Below the pieces are notes generated by a model. It made no database searches. It saw nothing but the letters and a program-made list of their open reading frames with translations, and had not been told where the DNA came from. The position numbers were made by a program, and so were the translations under genes. Positions 9,046 through 18,309 of a DNA stretch of 64,000 nucleotides are shown here, in pieces; the stretch's first letter is position 1, and every line of letters begins with the position of its first letter. Origin of the DNA: an uncultured Planctomycetaceae bacterium (GTDB lineage Bacteria > Planctomycetota > Planctomycetia > Planctomycetales > Planctomycetaceae); the NCBI GenBank assembly GCA_963815195.1, contig CAWFGE010000008.1:288001-352000 (forward strand), given 5' to 3'.

Positions 9046-10305
9046 TTAAATCATTTCAAGGCCCGGCAACGTGCCGGTGCATTCGGCGAACGTGTCGGTT
9101 TCCAGGCCGAGACGCTCGAGCATGGAGACGAACAGCTTGGGCAGCGGGTGGTTGTTCCTTGGATCGAAGGCCAGATGCCGCCCGTGCTTGAATCCGCCGC
9201 CCGCAAGCAGGATGGGCATGTTTTTCGTGTCGTGGCTGCTCGCGTTGCCGAGGTTCGAGCCGAACAGCACCATCGTGTTGTCCAACAGGCTCGCGCCGCC
9301 TTCGCCGGAGTCGGCCAATTTCTTGAGGAAGCCGCCCAGGACCTTCATCATTTCGGTTTCCACGATGGTGAGTTGGGCGATCTTGTCGGGGTTTTTGCCG
9401 TGGTGGGAGAGCATGTGGTAATCGGTATCGACGCCTCGAATCGCGGGCACGGCATTCATGCCGGTATCGAAGAACGTCAAAAACCGCGTCGAGTCGGTTT
9501 CGATCGCCAGGTGCATCATGTCATACATCAGGCCCAGGCGTTCGAGCATCTTGCTGCGGTCGGTTTCGTCCCGCGGCGGTTTGACGTCCACCGGGGGCTT
9601 GGGGCGTTTCTCCCACGCCTGGGCTTTGACGAGCCGTTCCTCGGCTTCGCGGACGGCGTGGAAGTATTGGTCCATTTTCTCGCGGTCCCGGCCGCCCAAT
9701 TGCTTTTGCATCCGCCCCGCGTCGGCCAGCACGACATCCAGCACGCTTTGCCCGTCCTTGAGCCTTTGGACCTGCTTGGCCTTCTCGCTGGGTTTGCCTT
9801 CCAGGAACAATCGCTCGAACACCTGCGACGGGCGGGTCTCGGCGGGAATCTCCACGCCCGACCGCGACCACGACAACCCCGGACCCGACGAAGACAACGA
9901 CAGCGACCGAAACCGCGTTTCGGTGCCCAACTGCTCGGCGGCAAGTTGATCGAGCGAGATCGAGTTTTTGAAGCCCGCGCTATTGGGATGTTTCGCGGCC
10001 GTCAAAAACGATTTCCCCGACTGATGCCCGCCGTCCACCCCGGGATGCGAGGCTCCGGAAATGAACGTGAACCGGTCGCGAAACTCCGCGATGGCTTTGA
10101 GATACGGGGGCAAGTCATAACCCCGCCCCGTTTGCTCGGGGACGATGTTCGGCGCATGGAGGCCCAATCCCACATTCACCGCAACCAGCCGACGGCGCGG
10201 TGCCGGTGCCGCGGCGAAGGCGCGGAGTTGAAACGATTCCAAGAACGGCAAACCGACCGCGACGCCGGCGGCGCGGAGAAAAGTTCGTCGGGAAAGCCTG
10301 GGCAT
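9046..10305 (-). CDS. DUF1552 family Tat-exported protein
   Basis: SRRTFLRAAGVAVGLPFLE; SISLDQLAA; YHMLSHHG; VLFGSNLGNASSH; ILLAGGGFKHG. Confidence 0.9.
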   Translation of the reverse strand: MPRLSRRTFLRAAGVAVGLPFLESFQLRAFAAAPAPRRRLVAVNVGLGLHAPNIVPEQTGRGYDLPPYLKAIAEFRDRFTFISGASHPGVDGGHQSGKSFLTAAKHPNSAGFKNSISLDQLAAEQLGTETRFRSLSLSSSGPGLSWSRSGVEIPAETRPSQVFERLFLEGKPSEKAKQVQRLKDGQSVLDVVLADAGRMQKQLGGRDREKMDQYFHAVREAEERLVKAQAWEKRPKPPVDVKPPRDETDRSKMLERLGLMYDMMHLAIETDSTRFLTFFDTGMNAVPAIRGVDTDYHMLSHHGKNPDKIAQLTIVETEMMKVLGGFLKKLADSGEGGASLLDNTMVLFGSNLGNASSHDTKNMPILLAGGGFKHGRHLAFDPRNNHPLPKLFVSMLERLGLETDTFAECTGTLPGLEMI

Positions 10306-12682
10306 TTAGGGTCTCCGAAAGAGTTCGCTTTGGACAATTTCATGAAGCAGCCCCCGAAAGCCATAGTTCTTCGGGGCGACGTTGTGGACGATGCGTTCGA
10401 TCTCCGGCCGATCCGAAAATCCCAGCCGCCGGCCCAGCGCATAAGTCAGGAGTTTTTTCGTCAAGCCGGCGGCGATGGCGTCTTGGTCGCTCAAGAGGAT
10501 TTTCTTGAACTCGCGAATGTCGTGGAAGGATTTTCCGTCGGGCGTGTGGCCGGTGGCATCGACCGGCAGGCCGATGCGGTAGCGGATCCAGGCGAACGTA
10601 ATCGGATGCTGCGAAAACCCGGGCCGTTTGCCTTCGCCCACCGTGCGGTAATTTTCCCGCCAACCGCCGATGACGTCGAAGTTTTCGAGGGCAAACCCGG
10701 GGGGATCGATCTGGTTATGGCACACCGCGCAGGATTCGACGTTCCGGTGCTTGGCGAGTTGTTCTCGCAGTGTCGTCGCGCCGCGGATGTCGGGTTCCAC
10801 CGCGGGCACGTTCGCGGGCGGCGGGGGCACGGGGCGTCCCAGAATGTTCTCCATCACCCACGCTCCGCGAAGGACGGGCGACGTGTTCGTGCCGTTGGCG
10901 GTGACTTTGAGAAGGCTCGCCTGCGTGAGCACGCCGCCGCGGACGCTGTCTTTCGGCAATGTGACTTTGCGGAACGCCTGCCCTTTGATGCCGGGGATGC
11001 CGTAGTGCTTCGCGAGGCGTTCGTTCAAAAACGTGAAGTCGGAATCCACAAAGCTGATCAGGCTCAAATCCTCATCGAGCACTTCCCGGAAGAAGCGGTG
11101 GGTTTCCTCGATCATCGAAATCCGCAACAGCTCGTCGAACTCCGGATACAAGTTCGCGTCCGGCGACGTGAAGTCGATGTCCCGCAAATTGAGCCATTGC
11201 CCCGTGAAGTTATCGACGAATACGGCGGCTTTGGGATCCTTCAACAACCGCTCGACTTGCCGGCGGAGGATTTGCGGATCGGCGAGCTTGCCTTGATCGG
11301 CGAGCGTCAACAGTTCCTCATCCGGCATCGAGGACCACAGAAAATACGACAACCGCGAGGCGAGCGCGTGCTGGCTGATGGTCTTTTCACCAGCCTCGTT
11401 GAGAAACAGAAACCCCGGCGAGCACAGAATTCCCTTGAGCCCCAACCGCAACGCCTCTTCAAAAGATCGGCCCGCAGCGAGGGCCTGCTCCACCAAATTC
11501 AGGTACGGTTCGAGTTCTGCAGGCTCGGATCGGCCGGCGGAAGGCGCGGGGCAGGATTCGGTTCAGAATGATTTTCGCGTCCGCCAAGGTTCCCGTTTGC
11601 GGATCGACATCGCCCAACAATTTCTTGCGGCTCGCGGGCGGCCATTTTTCCAAGGGGCCTTCGATGAGGATGTCGCCGATCTCGAGGCCCGGCTCGGGAT
11701 AGGTGTCGGCATCTTTCCGCGTGTCGCGGGTGCCGTAGCATTTGGGCTGAAACGTGCCGCCGTCTTCGAGAAGCTCATCGGTGAACTCGATCGTGGTCCA
11801 CTCGCCGGGCGGGACGTCGAAATAGCCCACGAGATGATTCTCCCGCCGGCCCACGATCGTATCGCCTGCGTAAATCCGCAAGGTCACCGGCTCGTCGCTT
11901 TGGATGGCCCGCACCTTGAACCGGCCGCGATACGTTCCCGCCGGGGCGCGGAGGCGGGCGAAGTTCACGAGGTTGGTCGGGCAATAATTCGATTGAAAAA
12001 TCACGAGGCCGTTCTCGGTCCGGCGAAACATCGAGCCGATGTGGCTCGCCAGGTAGGGCTTGCCGTCGTGCGTTTTTTGATCGAGCAGGTTCGTCGCGTG
12101 CCGGATGTGCTTGGGCGGTTTCGGCGGACCGAACACGGCATCGAGCGTGACATCCGCCGCCCGCAGATACGCCTGAGCCGCCTCCGCCGAGACCGCGAGG
12201 CCTTCGCCCACGTTGTCGAAGCCGGCGGTGGGATTGTCCTGCGGCAGCACATCTTTCACGCGGACGGCGACGCCGAACAAATCCCGCACCGTGTTTTCGT
12301 ATTCGTTGCGGTTGAGCCGCCGCAGCACCACATCGCTCCGGGCGCGATCCGCTTCGGTCAATGCGCGTTTCAATGTGGAAACGGCTTGGGATTTTTCCGC
12401 GGGCGACGGCCGCGGGTGATCCTTCGGCGGCATTTCGCCGGCTTCGAGACGGTCGTGAATCAAAACCCACCGCCGTAGGGATTCGGCATCTTTCAGATCG
12501 CCCGCCAGCGCGGAGAGATCCAATCCGCCCTCCGGCTCGGCTCCGGCGTGGCAGTCGAGGCAATGGGCTTTGAAGAACGGCTCCAAATCCGTGTGCCACG
12601 ATTCCGCGCGGCCTGGAACCGGGGGCGATCCCCAAACGGAAAGGACTGCAAAAAAATGAAGGATCGCGGCGGAGTATTTCAT
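10306..12682 (-). CDS. Planctomycete cytochrome c / DUF1587-1595-1592-1588-1585 protein (frameshift ~11520)
   Basis: CLDCH, RRLNRNEYENTVRDL, RAFRRP in one frame; LASRLSYFLWSSMPD, TSPVLRGAWV, CAVCH in the next. One gene split into ORFs 11459-12682 and 10306-11496. Confidence 0.88.
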
Positions 12683-12774
12683 GATCCCATCTTATCCAAA
12701 GGCCGGCCTCTCCGCGAATCGCCCATCAAGAAATCTTGACGCGTTTTCCCTTAAAGCGGCAAAGCCGCAACCAA

Positions 12775-12833
12775 CGTCGCGGCGGCATCTTGCCGCCGTA
12801 GATCGATCTCGGCGGCTGGAAGCCGCCGCTACG
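12775..12833. repeat. REP-like double hairpin; partial second copy at 14610-14641
   Basis: CGGCGGCATCTTGCCGCCG-TAGATCGATCT-CGGCGGCTGGAAGCCGCCG; GATCGATCTCGGCGGCyGGAAGCCGCC recurs at 14610. Confidence 0.7.
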
Positions 12834-12862
12834 AAAGGTACGCGCACGCTGCCCAGAAGTTA

Positions 12863-13065
12863 CAAACTCAGACTGTAAGCGGTTGGGTGGCTGGGGCGCC
12901 AATCCCGCTTTGAATAGGCCTCGAATTAAGAATTCTGGGGCTGTGGTCGGGCGAGAAAAATCTCGGACGGCCCCAGGACTCAAAGCCCCTTTTTCCTTTT
13001 GACATTTCTTTGCGCCCCAGCCACCCCTTCCACTTTCGGCTATAGTTTGAGTTGCAAACTCAGAC
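12863..13065. repeat. Nested foldback element
   Basis: Perfect 15-bp IR GGGTGGCTGGGGCGC (12885-12899 / 13012-13026), an inner IR and an outer imperfect IR; direct repeat CAAACTCAGAC at 12863 and 13055. Confidence 0.6.
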
Positions 13066-13076
13066 ACGATTCGTGT

Positions 13077-14585
13077 TCAGCCATTGCTGACCTCGCCGCT
13101 CCACAAGTCGCGCACGGCGGGCTTGGCGACTTTTCCCATCGCGTTTCGAGGCAACGCTTCGACGGCCAGGAACCGCTTGGGGATCTTGTATGGCGAGAGA
13201 CGCTCCCCGCACCAGGTTTGCAGGGCTTCCCAGTCGGGCGATCGGCCGGGACGCAGAACCGCCGCCACGGCGACAATCTCGCCCCAAGTGTCGTCGGGCA
13301 GCCCCACGACGGCGCACTCCGCGATGTCCGCGTGCTCCAAGAGGACCGCTTCGATCTCCAAGGCGGACAATTTGTATCCGCCGCTCTTGATGATATCGAC
13401 CGATTGGCGTCCCAGGATGCGGTAGTAGCCGTTTTCGCGGACGGCCAGATCACCAGTGCAAAACCAGCCGTCCTCGAAGGAGTCCCGCGTCACGCCGGGG
13501 CGGTTCCAATACTCGCGAAACACGCCCGGCCCTTTCACCTGGATCTCCCCCGGTTCGCCTTGGTTTTCGACGACTTCGCCCTCTTCCGATTTGAGCCGCA
13601 CCTCGACCCCCGGCAGCGGCTGGCCGACGGTTCCGGCCCGGCGTTCCCCGTGATAGGGGTTGGACAAAGCCATGCCGATCTCCGTCATTCCGTAGCGTTC
13701 CAACAGGACTTGCCCGGTCAAGGCGGACCATTTGTCGTGGATCGATTCCGGGAGCGCCGCCGAGCCGGAGACCATCAACCGCATCAAAGAAAAGCCGGCG
13801 ACGATGCGGGACCGCTCCTCGTCGGATCGATGCTCCAAGTCCTCGATCAGCTTCACATAAACTGTGGGCACCGCCATGAACAGCGTGTAGGCTTGGGCGG
13901 CGATCCGGTTCAAGATCGCTTCGCGGTCGAAACTCGGGAACGGTTCGAGCACGGCCCCGGACCACAGGGCCGAGCAGAGGATATTGATGATGCCGTGGAT
14001 GTGATGCAGCGGCAAAAACAGCGGAACGCAATCGTCTGCCTCCCATTCCCAGGCTTGGACCAGGGACTCGATCTGGGCGGCGATGTTGGCGTGCGTGGTG
14101 ACTACGCCCTTGGGTTTGCTGGTTGTGCCGCTGGTATAAAGGATCATCCCCCGCCGGTCCGGGGAGACTGTTGGCAGAGTCTTCTCCTTTGGTTCGAGGT
14201 CCTCATCGAGAATCAAAAGAGGCAGCCCAAGTTTTCGGCAGAGCGGCCGCAGTTGGTCGGCCATTGCCGCGGTGACAGCCACCTGGGACGACTCGGAATC
14301 CCGCAGCGTGTATTCGAGTTCCGGTTCCGCGGCCGAAAGGCTCAAGGGCACCGCGATCCCTCCCGCCCGCCAGGTCGCCCATTGGGCGGCGATGTAATCG
14401 GAACCGGCGGGCGCGAGGAACGCGATGCGGGCCTCGTTCAAATCCTCCGCGTCGCCCAGCATCGCCGCCGCGAGCCTCGCCGAGCGATCGAGAAGCTGCT
14501 GGAAGCTGGCTTCACCGCCAACCGAGCGAACAGCGACCGCATTTCCATGCCGACGAGCGTGGGCGATCAAAGGCAAGTCGTTCAT
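13077..14585 (-). CDS. Acyl-CoA synthetase (malonyl-CoA synthetase/MatB-like)
   Basis: YTSGTTSKPKG, LPLHHIHG, ERYGMTE, TGD, IIKSGGYK, PRNAMGK motifs. Confidence 0.9.
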   Translation of the reverse strand: MNDLPLIAHARRHGNAVAVRSVGGEASFQQLLDRSARLAAAMLGDAEDLNEARIAFLAPAGSDYIAAQWATWRAGGIAVPLSLSAAEPELEYTLRDSESSQVAVTAAMADQLRPLCRKLGLPLLILDEDLEPKEKTLPTVSPDRRGMILYTSGTTSKPKGVVTTHANIAAQIESLVQAWEWEADDCVPLFLPLHHIHGIINILCSALWSGAVLEPFPSFDREAILNRIAAQAYTLFMAVPTVYVKLIEDLEHRSDEERSRIVAGFSLMRLMVSGSAALPESIHDKWSALTGQVLLERYGMTEIGMALSNPYHGERRAGTVGQPLPGVEVRLKSEEGEVVENQGEPGEIQVKGPGVFREYWNRPGVTRDSFEDGWFCTGDLAVRENGYYRILGRQSVDIIKSGGYKLSALEIEAVLLEHADIAECAVVGLPDDTWGEIVAVAAVLRPGRSPDWEALQTWCGERLSPYKIPKRFLAVEALPRNAMGKVAKPAVRDLWSGEVSNG

Positions 14586-14657
14586 TATGGCCCCCTATCA
14601 AACGCGGTCGATCGATCTCGGCGGCCGGAAGCCGCCCGTACAGAAGAGGCCTTATCC

Positions 14658-14989
14658 TGGGCTGTTAAATAATTGGTATTGAAGTCTAAAAACGCGGGTT
14701 CTGGCTTGCGCCACCTTGGTTCTCGTTTTTTGAGAAAGCATTAGGGCCGGACCTTCGGTCCTTTTTCTCAAATTCAGAAGTTCCAAAAAAGCTCAGGAAA
14801 TTGGTTTTGTTTTCAAGAGCCGCGCACGAAGTAAGCGGTTTTCAGGGACTCAGACAACGCAAGACCGCTTACTTCGTGCGCGGCTCAGGCATTTTTGGAA
14901 GTACTCAAATTTGAAACAGTTGAATTTACGAACGGTCGAAAAGCTGCGCAAAGACAAATCGTCGTCAACACCAATTTTCTAACGGCCCA
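14658..14989. mobile_element. MITE (non-autonomous IS derivative), complete copy
   Basis: TIRs TGGGCTGTTAAATAATTGGTATTGA / rc TGGGCCGTTAGAAAATTGGTGTTGA; flanking direct repeat GCCTTATCC (14649-14657, 14990-14998); internal perfect 23-bp IR at 14817-14886. Confidence 0.82.
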
Positions 14990-14992
14990 GCC

Positions 14993-15209
14993 TTATCCCT
15001 TGGGGGCGAGCCAATGGAGTTCGGCCGCGAGGGTTTGTTCGCGGTCCCGGTCTCCGCCGGCTTGGGCTTGTTCGATTTCCGAACGCAAGTATTCCACGCG
15101 GCGATGCGCGGACCACCAAACGCAAATCCGCCTTGCACCGCCGGCAGGTGTCTTGCGGCGCTTGCCTGGCCCGGCACACCGGACAGCGGAATTCGGGATC
15201 ATTGGACAT
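14993..15209 (-). CDS. Small Zn-ribbon protein (frameshift ~15105)
   Basis: MSNDPEFRCPVCRARQAPQDTCRRCKADLRLVVRA continues in a shifted frame as HRRVEYLRSEIEQAQ...WLAPKG*; overlaps the Hsp70 stop. Confidence 0.65.
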
Positions 15210-17022
15210 AGAACAAGATGTCGTCCAACTCTTCACAAAGGCTGACCACCGCGGAGGGATCGTCGGCGGCCATCGCCTGGTTGAGGTTTTCGCAAAGCGA
15301 TTCGATATCCCGCGCGTCCTCGGTTTCCACGGAGGATTTGAGAGACTCCGCTTTTTTGAGGAGCGCCACGGCTTCGGGGAATTTCGATTCGAAGTTGGCC
15401 GCAGTCGCCGTCCCGGCCGCGGGAGAAGCTGACGTCTCGGCCGTTTGAACGCCCCACTGTTTCGGCGAGGGCAAATCCGCGTCATCCAGCAACTCGTCGG
15501 AGGCGTCGAACATCGCCCCCAACCGGGCCTCCGCGCGGTCGCGCTCGTCGGCTTGGAATTGGCTCAGGGCGTTGTCGATCGTCAATTCCTTGCTGATCCC
15601 CGTCGCCGGTTGGGTCGCGGTGACTTTCAACGTGCCGTCCAAGGTCAAATCGAACCGCACAACGATCTTGCTCCGATCCCCGCCGCCGGCTTCGAGATCA
15701 AGCAGAAACTCTCCAATGGACCGGTTGCGGTGCACTTCGGAGTACTCGCCTTGGAGCACGTGAATCGCCGCCACCTCCTGGTCGTCGTACATGGTCGAGT
15801 AAGCGTGTTCGTAGCGGGCCGGCAGCGGGCTGTTGCGATGAATGATCGGCGAGAACACCAGGCGCGGCCCGAAAATCGACGCGCCTTCGCAGGCTTCGAT
15901 CCCCAGCGTGTGCGGAGTGACATCCACCAGCACCGGTCCCACCGATTGCCCTTCGATCATCGCCGCTTGCACCGCGGCACCGAGCGCAACCGCCAAATCG
16001 GGATCGACCGCCCGGCTGGGTTCCCGCTGGAACTCGTCCCGCAGGCGTTCTTCCACGAGCGGAATCCGCGTGGACCCGCCGACCAGCACCAAATCCGCGA
16101 TTTGATGAATCGTCAACCCCGCATCGCGGAGGGCTTCATCCACGCTGTGGATCGTGCGTTCGACGAACGGTTCGATCAGATCTTCGAACTCCCGCCGCGT
16201 GACGGTCGCCGTCAGGTTGAGCGGCGCGCCGTCTTTCTCCGCGATGAACTCCTCGGCGATTTGCACGGTTTCTTCGGTGGATAGCCGGCGTTTGGCCGCT
16301 TCGCAGGCTTGAAGAACTCGATACCGCGTCGAGGCGTTTTCGCGGAGGTCGACTTGATGCTCGTCCGCGAACCGGTCGGCGACATGATCCAAGAGCGCCT
16401 GGTCGAGATCATCGCCGCCCAGTTGCGTGTCGCCTTTGCTCGAGAGCACTTCGACCACGCCGGCTTCCATGCGGACGATCGAGACGTCGAACGTCCCCCC
16501 GCCGAAGTCATAGACCAGGATGTGTTTCTGGTCGTGTTCCCCGGCATGGTAAACCAGCGTCGCGGCGGTGGGCTCGTTGATGATCCGCTCCACCTGGAGA
16601 CCGGCGAGTTCTCCGGCTTCGCGGGTGGCCTGCCGCTGGTTCTCGTCGAAAAACGCCGGGACCGTGATCACCGCGCGGTTCACGGCTTGCCCCAAAGCCC
16701 GGCTCGCGCGGTCCCGCAGGCGGCGGAGAATCATGGCGCTGATCTCCGGCGGCGTGAAAGTCTGGTTGCCCAGGGAGATCGGATCCATCGTTCCCATCCG
16801 CCGCTTGATCGAGGCGATCGTACGGTCGGGAAACGCCGCCAATTGATTCCGGGCCACCACGCCGGTGATGAGCTGCCCGTTTTGATTGAATCCCACGACC
16901 GACGGTAGAATCTTTTCGCCGTCTTCCTCAAGAACAGTCGGCTTCCCGTCAATAATCGCGGCCACCACGCTGTTGGTGGTTCCCAAATCGATTCCCACAA
17001 TTGGGCCTTCCGCATTGGACAT
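15199..17022 (-). CDS. Hsp70/DnaK-family paralog
   Basis: VGIDLGTTNS, AVITVPAFF, RIINEPTAA, VYDFGGGTFDVS, LGGDDLD, LVLVGGSTRIP, DVTPHTLG; C-terminus ELDDILFYVQ. Confidence 0.95.
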   Translation of the reverse strand: MSNAEGPIVGIDLGTTNSVVAAIIDGKPTVLEEDGEKILPSVVGFNQNGQLITGVVARNQLAAFPDRTIASIKRRMGTMDPISLGNQTFTPPEISAMILRRLRDRASRALGQAVNRAVITVPAFFDENQRQATREAGELAGLQVERIINEPTAATLVYHAGEHDQKHILVYDFGGGTFDVSIVRMEAGVVEVLSSKGDTQLGGDDLDQALLDHVADRFADEHQVDLRENASTRYRVLQACEAAKRRLSTEETVQIAEEFIAEKDGAPLNLTATVTRREFEDLIEPFVERTIHSVDEALRDAGLTIHQIADLVLVGGSTRIPLVEERLRDEFQREPSRAVDPDLAVALGAAVQAAMIEGQSVGPVLVDVTPHTLGIEACEGASIFGPRLVFSPIIHRNSPLPARYEHAYSTMYDDQEVAAIHVLQGEYSEVHRNRSIGEFLLDLEAGGGDRSKIVVRFDLTLDGTLKVTATQPATGISKELTIDNALSQFQADERDRAEARLGAMFDASDELLDDADLPSPKQWGVQTAETSASPAAGTATAANFESKFPEAVALLKKAESLKSSVETEDARDIESLCENLNQAMAADDPSAVVSLCEELDDILFYVQ

Positions 17023-17175
17023 GGCGATTCCTTTTCGTTGGGGATGCTGGTTTGCTCAAACCCTAAGGCAGGCATTTCATTTCGTGAGTTTTTATTGCAT
17101 TCAAATGGGATTTTCCAGGCCGCAAGGGCCAGTAAAGGATAAAACATGCGGAGACGAGTTTGCGGTTTACGTCGA

Positions 17176-17892
17176 TTACTTCGCCACGCGGACATCCGCG
17201 AACCTGAGGACTTGCCCTTGCCAGCGGTAGCATGGGGAAATCTGTTCCGCGACGTGTCCGGAGGGATGCTCCGAGGAATCCATCGTGCCGATGGCGTTCA
17301 TGGTGTTCCCGTCGAACGGCTGCCCTTCGGTGTCGACTCGCTGAATGTCAAGATCCTTCATCGACCGGCGAAGCCGAGCCAAAACGAGGTTCAATCCTTC
17401 GATGGCGGAGCTTTCCTGGGTCTGTTCCCGGGCGCGGTGTTGCTCCTCGAGGAGTTTCAATAGCGGGCGGGCCAACCAGCGGGCCAAGGCGCTCAGGCTC
17501 GAAATCGATTGCTTAACCGCGTGCGATTCCGCCTCGTCGCAAAGGCGGCGGTTGGTTTCCGCCTGCTCGATGGCGCGGACCGCGCGTGTGAATTGATGGT
17601 CGCTTTCGGCGATCAGTTGGGCGAGTTGTTTGGATGCCTCGCCGGCCTGGTCGCTACTCTCCGGGACGCGGTCGAGGAGTTTCGCTTCGAGGTCTTGAAT
17701 CGCGGCGACCGCAGCTTGGATTTGCTCGGCGATGCCGCGGCTTTCTTTCGATTGCCCGCGCCATTCGTGGCGCATCGCCGTGAACGCTTCCACGATGTCC
17801 ACCGCGCCGAACTGCGGCCCCTCTTCTTGCGGTTGGTCCTCCTCGAAAGACGTTTTGTCGGAAGAAGAAAAGTCATAGGGCGAATCGCTCAT
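17176..17892 (-). CDS. GrpE-like nucleotide exchange factor
   Basis: Coiled-coil N-half; C-terminal GQPFDGNTMNAI...GHVAEQISPCYRWQGQVLRFADVRVAK matches the GrpE beta domain; adjacent to Hsp70. Confidence 0.85.
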   Translation of the reverse strand: MSDSPYDFSSSDKTSFEEDQPQEEGPQFGAVDIVEAFTAMRHEWRGQSKESRGIAEQIQAAVAAIQDLEAKLLDRVPESSDQAGEASKQLAQLIAESDHQFTRAVRAIEQAETNRRLCDEAESHAVKQSISSLSALARWLARPLLKLLEEQHRAREQTQESSAIEGLNLVLARLRRSMKDLDIQRVDTEGQPFDGNTMNAIGTMDSSEHPSGHVAEQISPCYRWQGQVLRFADVRVAK

Positions 17893-17908
17893 AGAAGATC
17901 CAACTGGG

Positions 17909-18268
17909 TTATTTCGGCTTCGTTTGATAATCGGGCTTGGTGTTCGAGGGAACGGGCTCGTCCGGATTGCGGTTCCCCAGGCTCAACAGGAACGCGGGCG
18001 TCAATTTGGGCGGGACTTTCTTCTGGGCGTCAATCGCCGCTTCCCAGGAAGGGGGTTCGTCGTCGGGCGGGGCGATCAGCCGCCGGGCGATCGACAACGG
18101 ATCCTTGGCGGCTTCGAAGGCCGCCCGAATTTCGCGAAACCGGTCCGGATCGCGGTCGGGTGGAAACTGCTTGACGAGTTCCAAGTACCGCGCGCGGATT
18201 TCCTCTTCGCTGGCGTCGCGGGACACGCCCAGAACGGTAAAGGGATCGCCCGCAGGTGAAGTGTTCAT
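17909..18268 (-). CDS. Small J-domain protein with non-canonical FPPD motif
   Basis: DPFTVLGVSRDASEEEIRARYLELVKQFPPDRDPDRFREIRAAFE; His of HPD is replaced. Confidence 0.85.
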   Translation of the reverse strand: MNTSPAGDPFTVLGVSRDASEEEIRARYLELVKQFPPDRDPDRFREIRAAFEAAKDPLSIARRLIAPPDDEPPSWEAAIDAQKKVPPKLTPAFLLSLGNRNPDEPVPSNTKPDYQTKPK

Positions 18269-18309
18269 CCGAGAATCTTTCAAACAAAGGGAATTAAGCC
18301 GACGACGAA

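Noticed and set aside
8983..11571. 862-aa plus-strand ORF (also 57740-60334, 12999-14672, 29622-31253, 49176-50753 and similar)
   Set aside because: Antisense shadows of well-supported genes in GC-rich DNA; no recognisable motifs.
15199..17022. Housekeeping dnaK
   Set aside because: Divergent C-terminal half, atypical co-chaperones and no hrcA/dnaJ context; symbol withheld.
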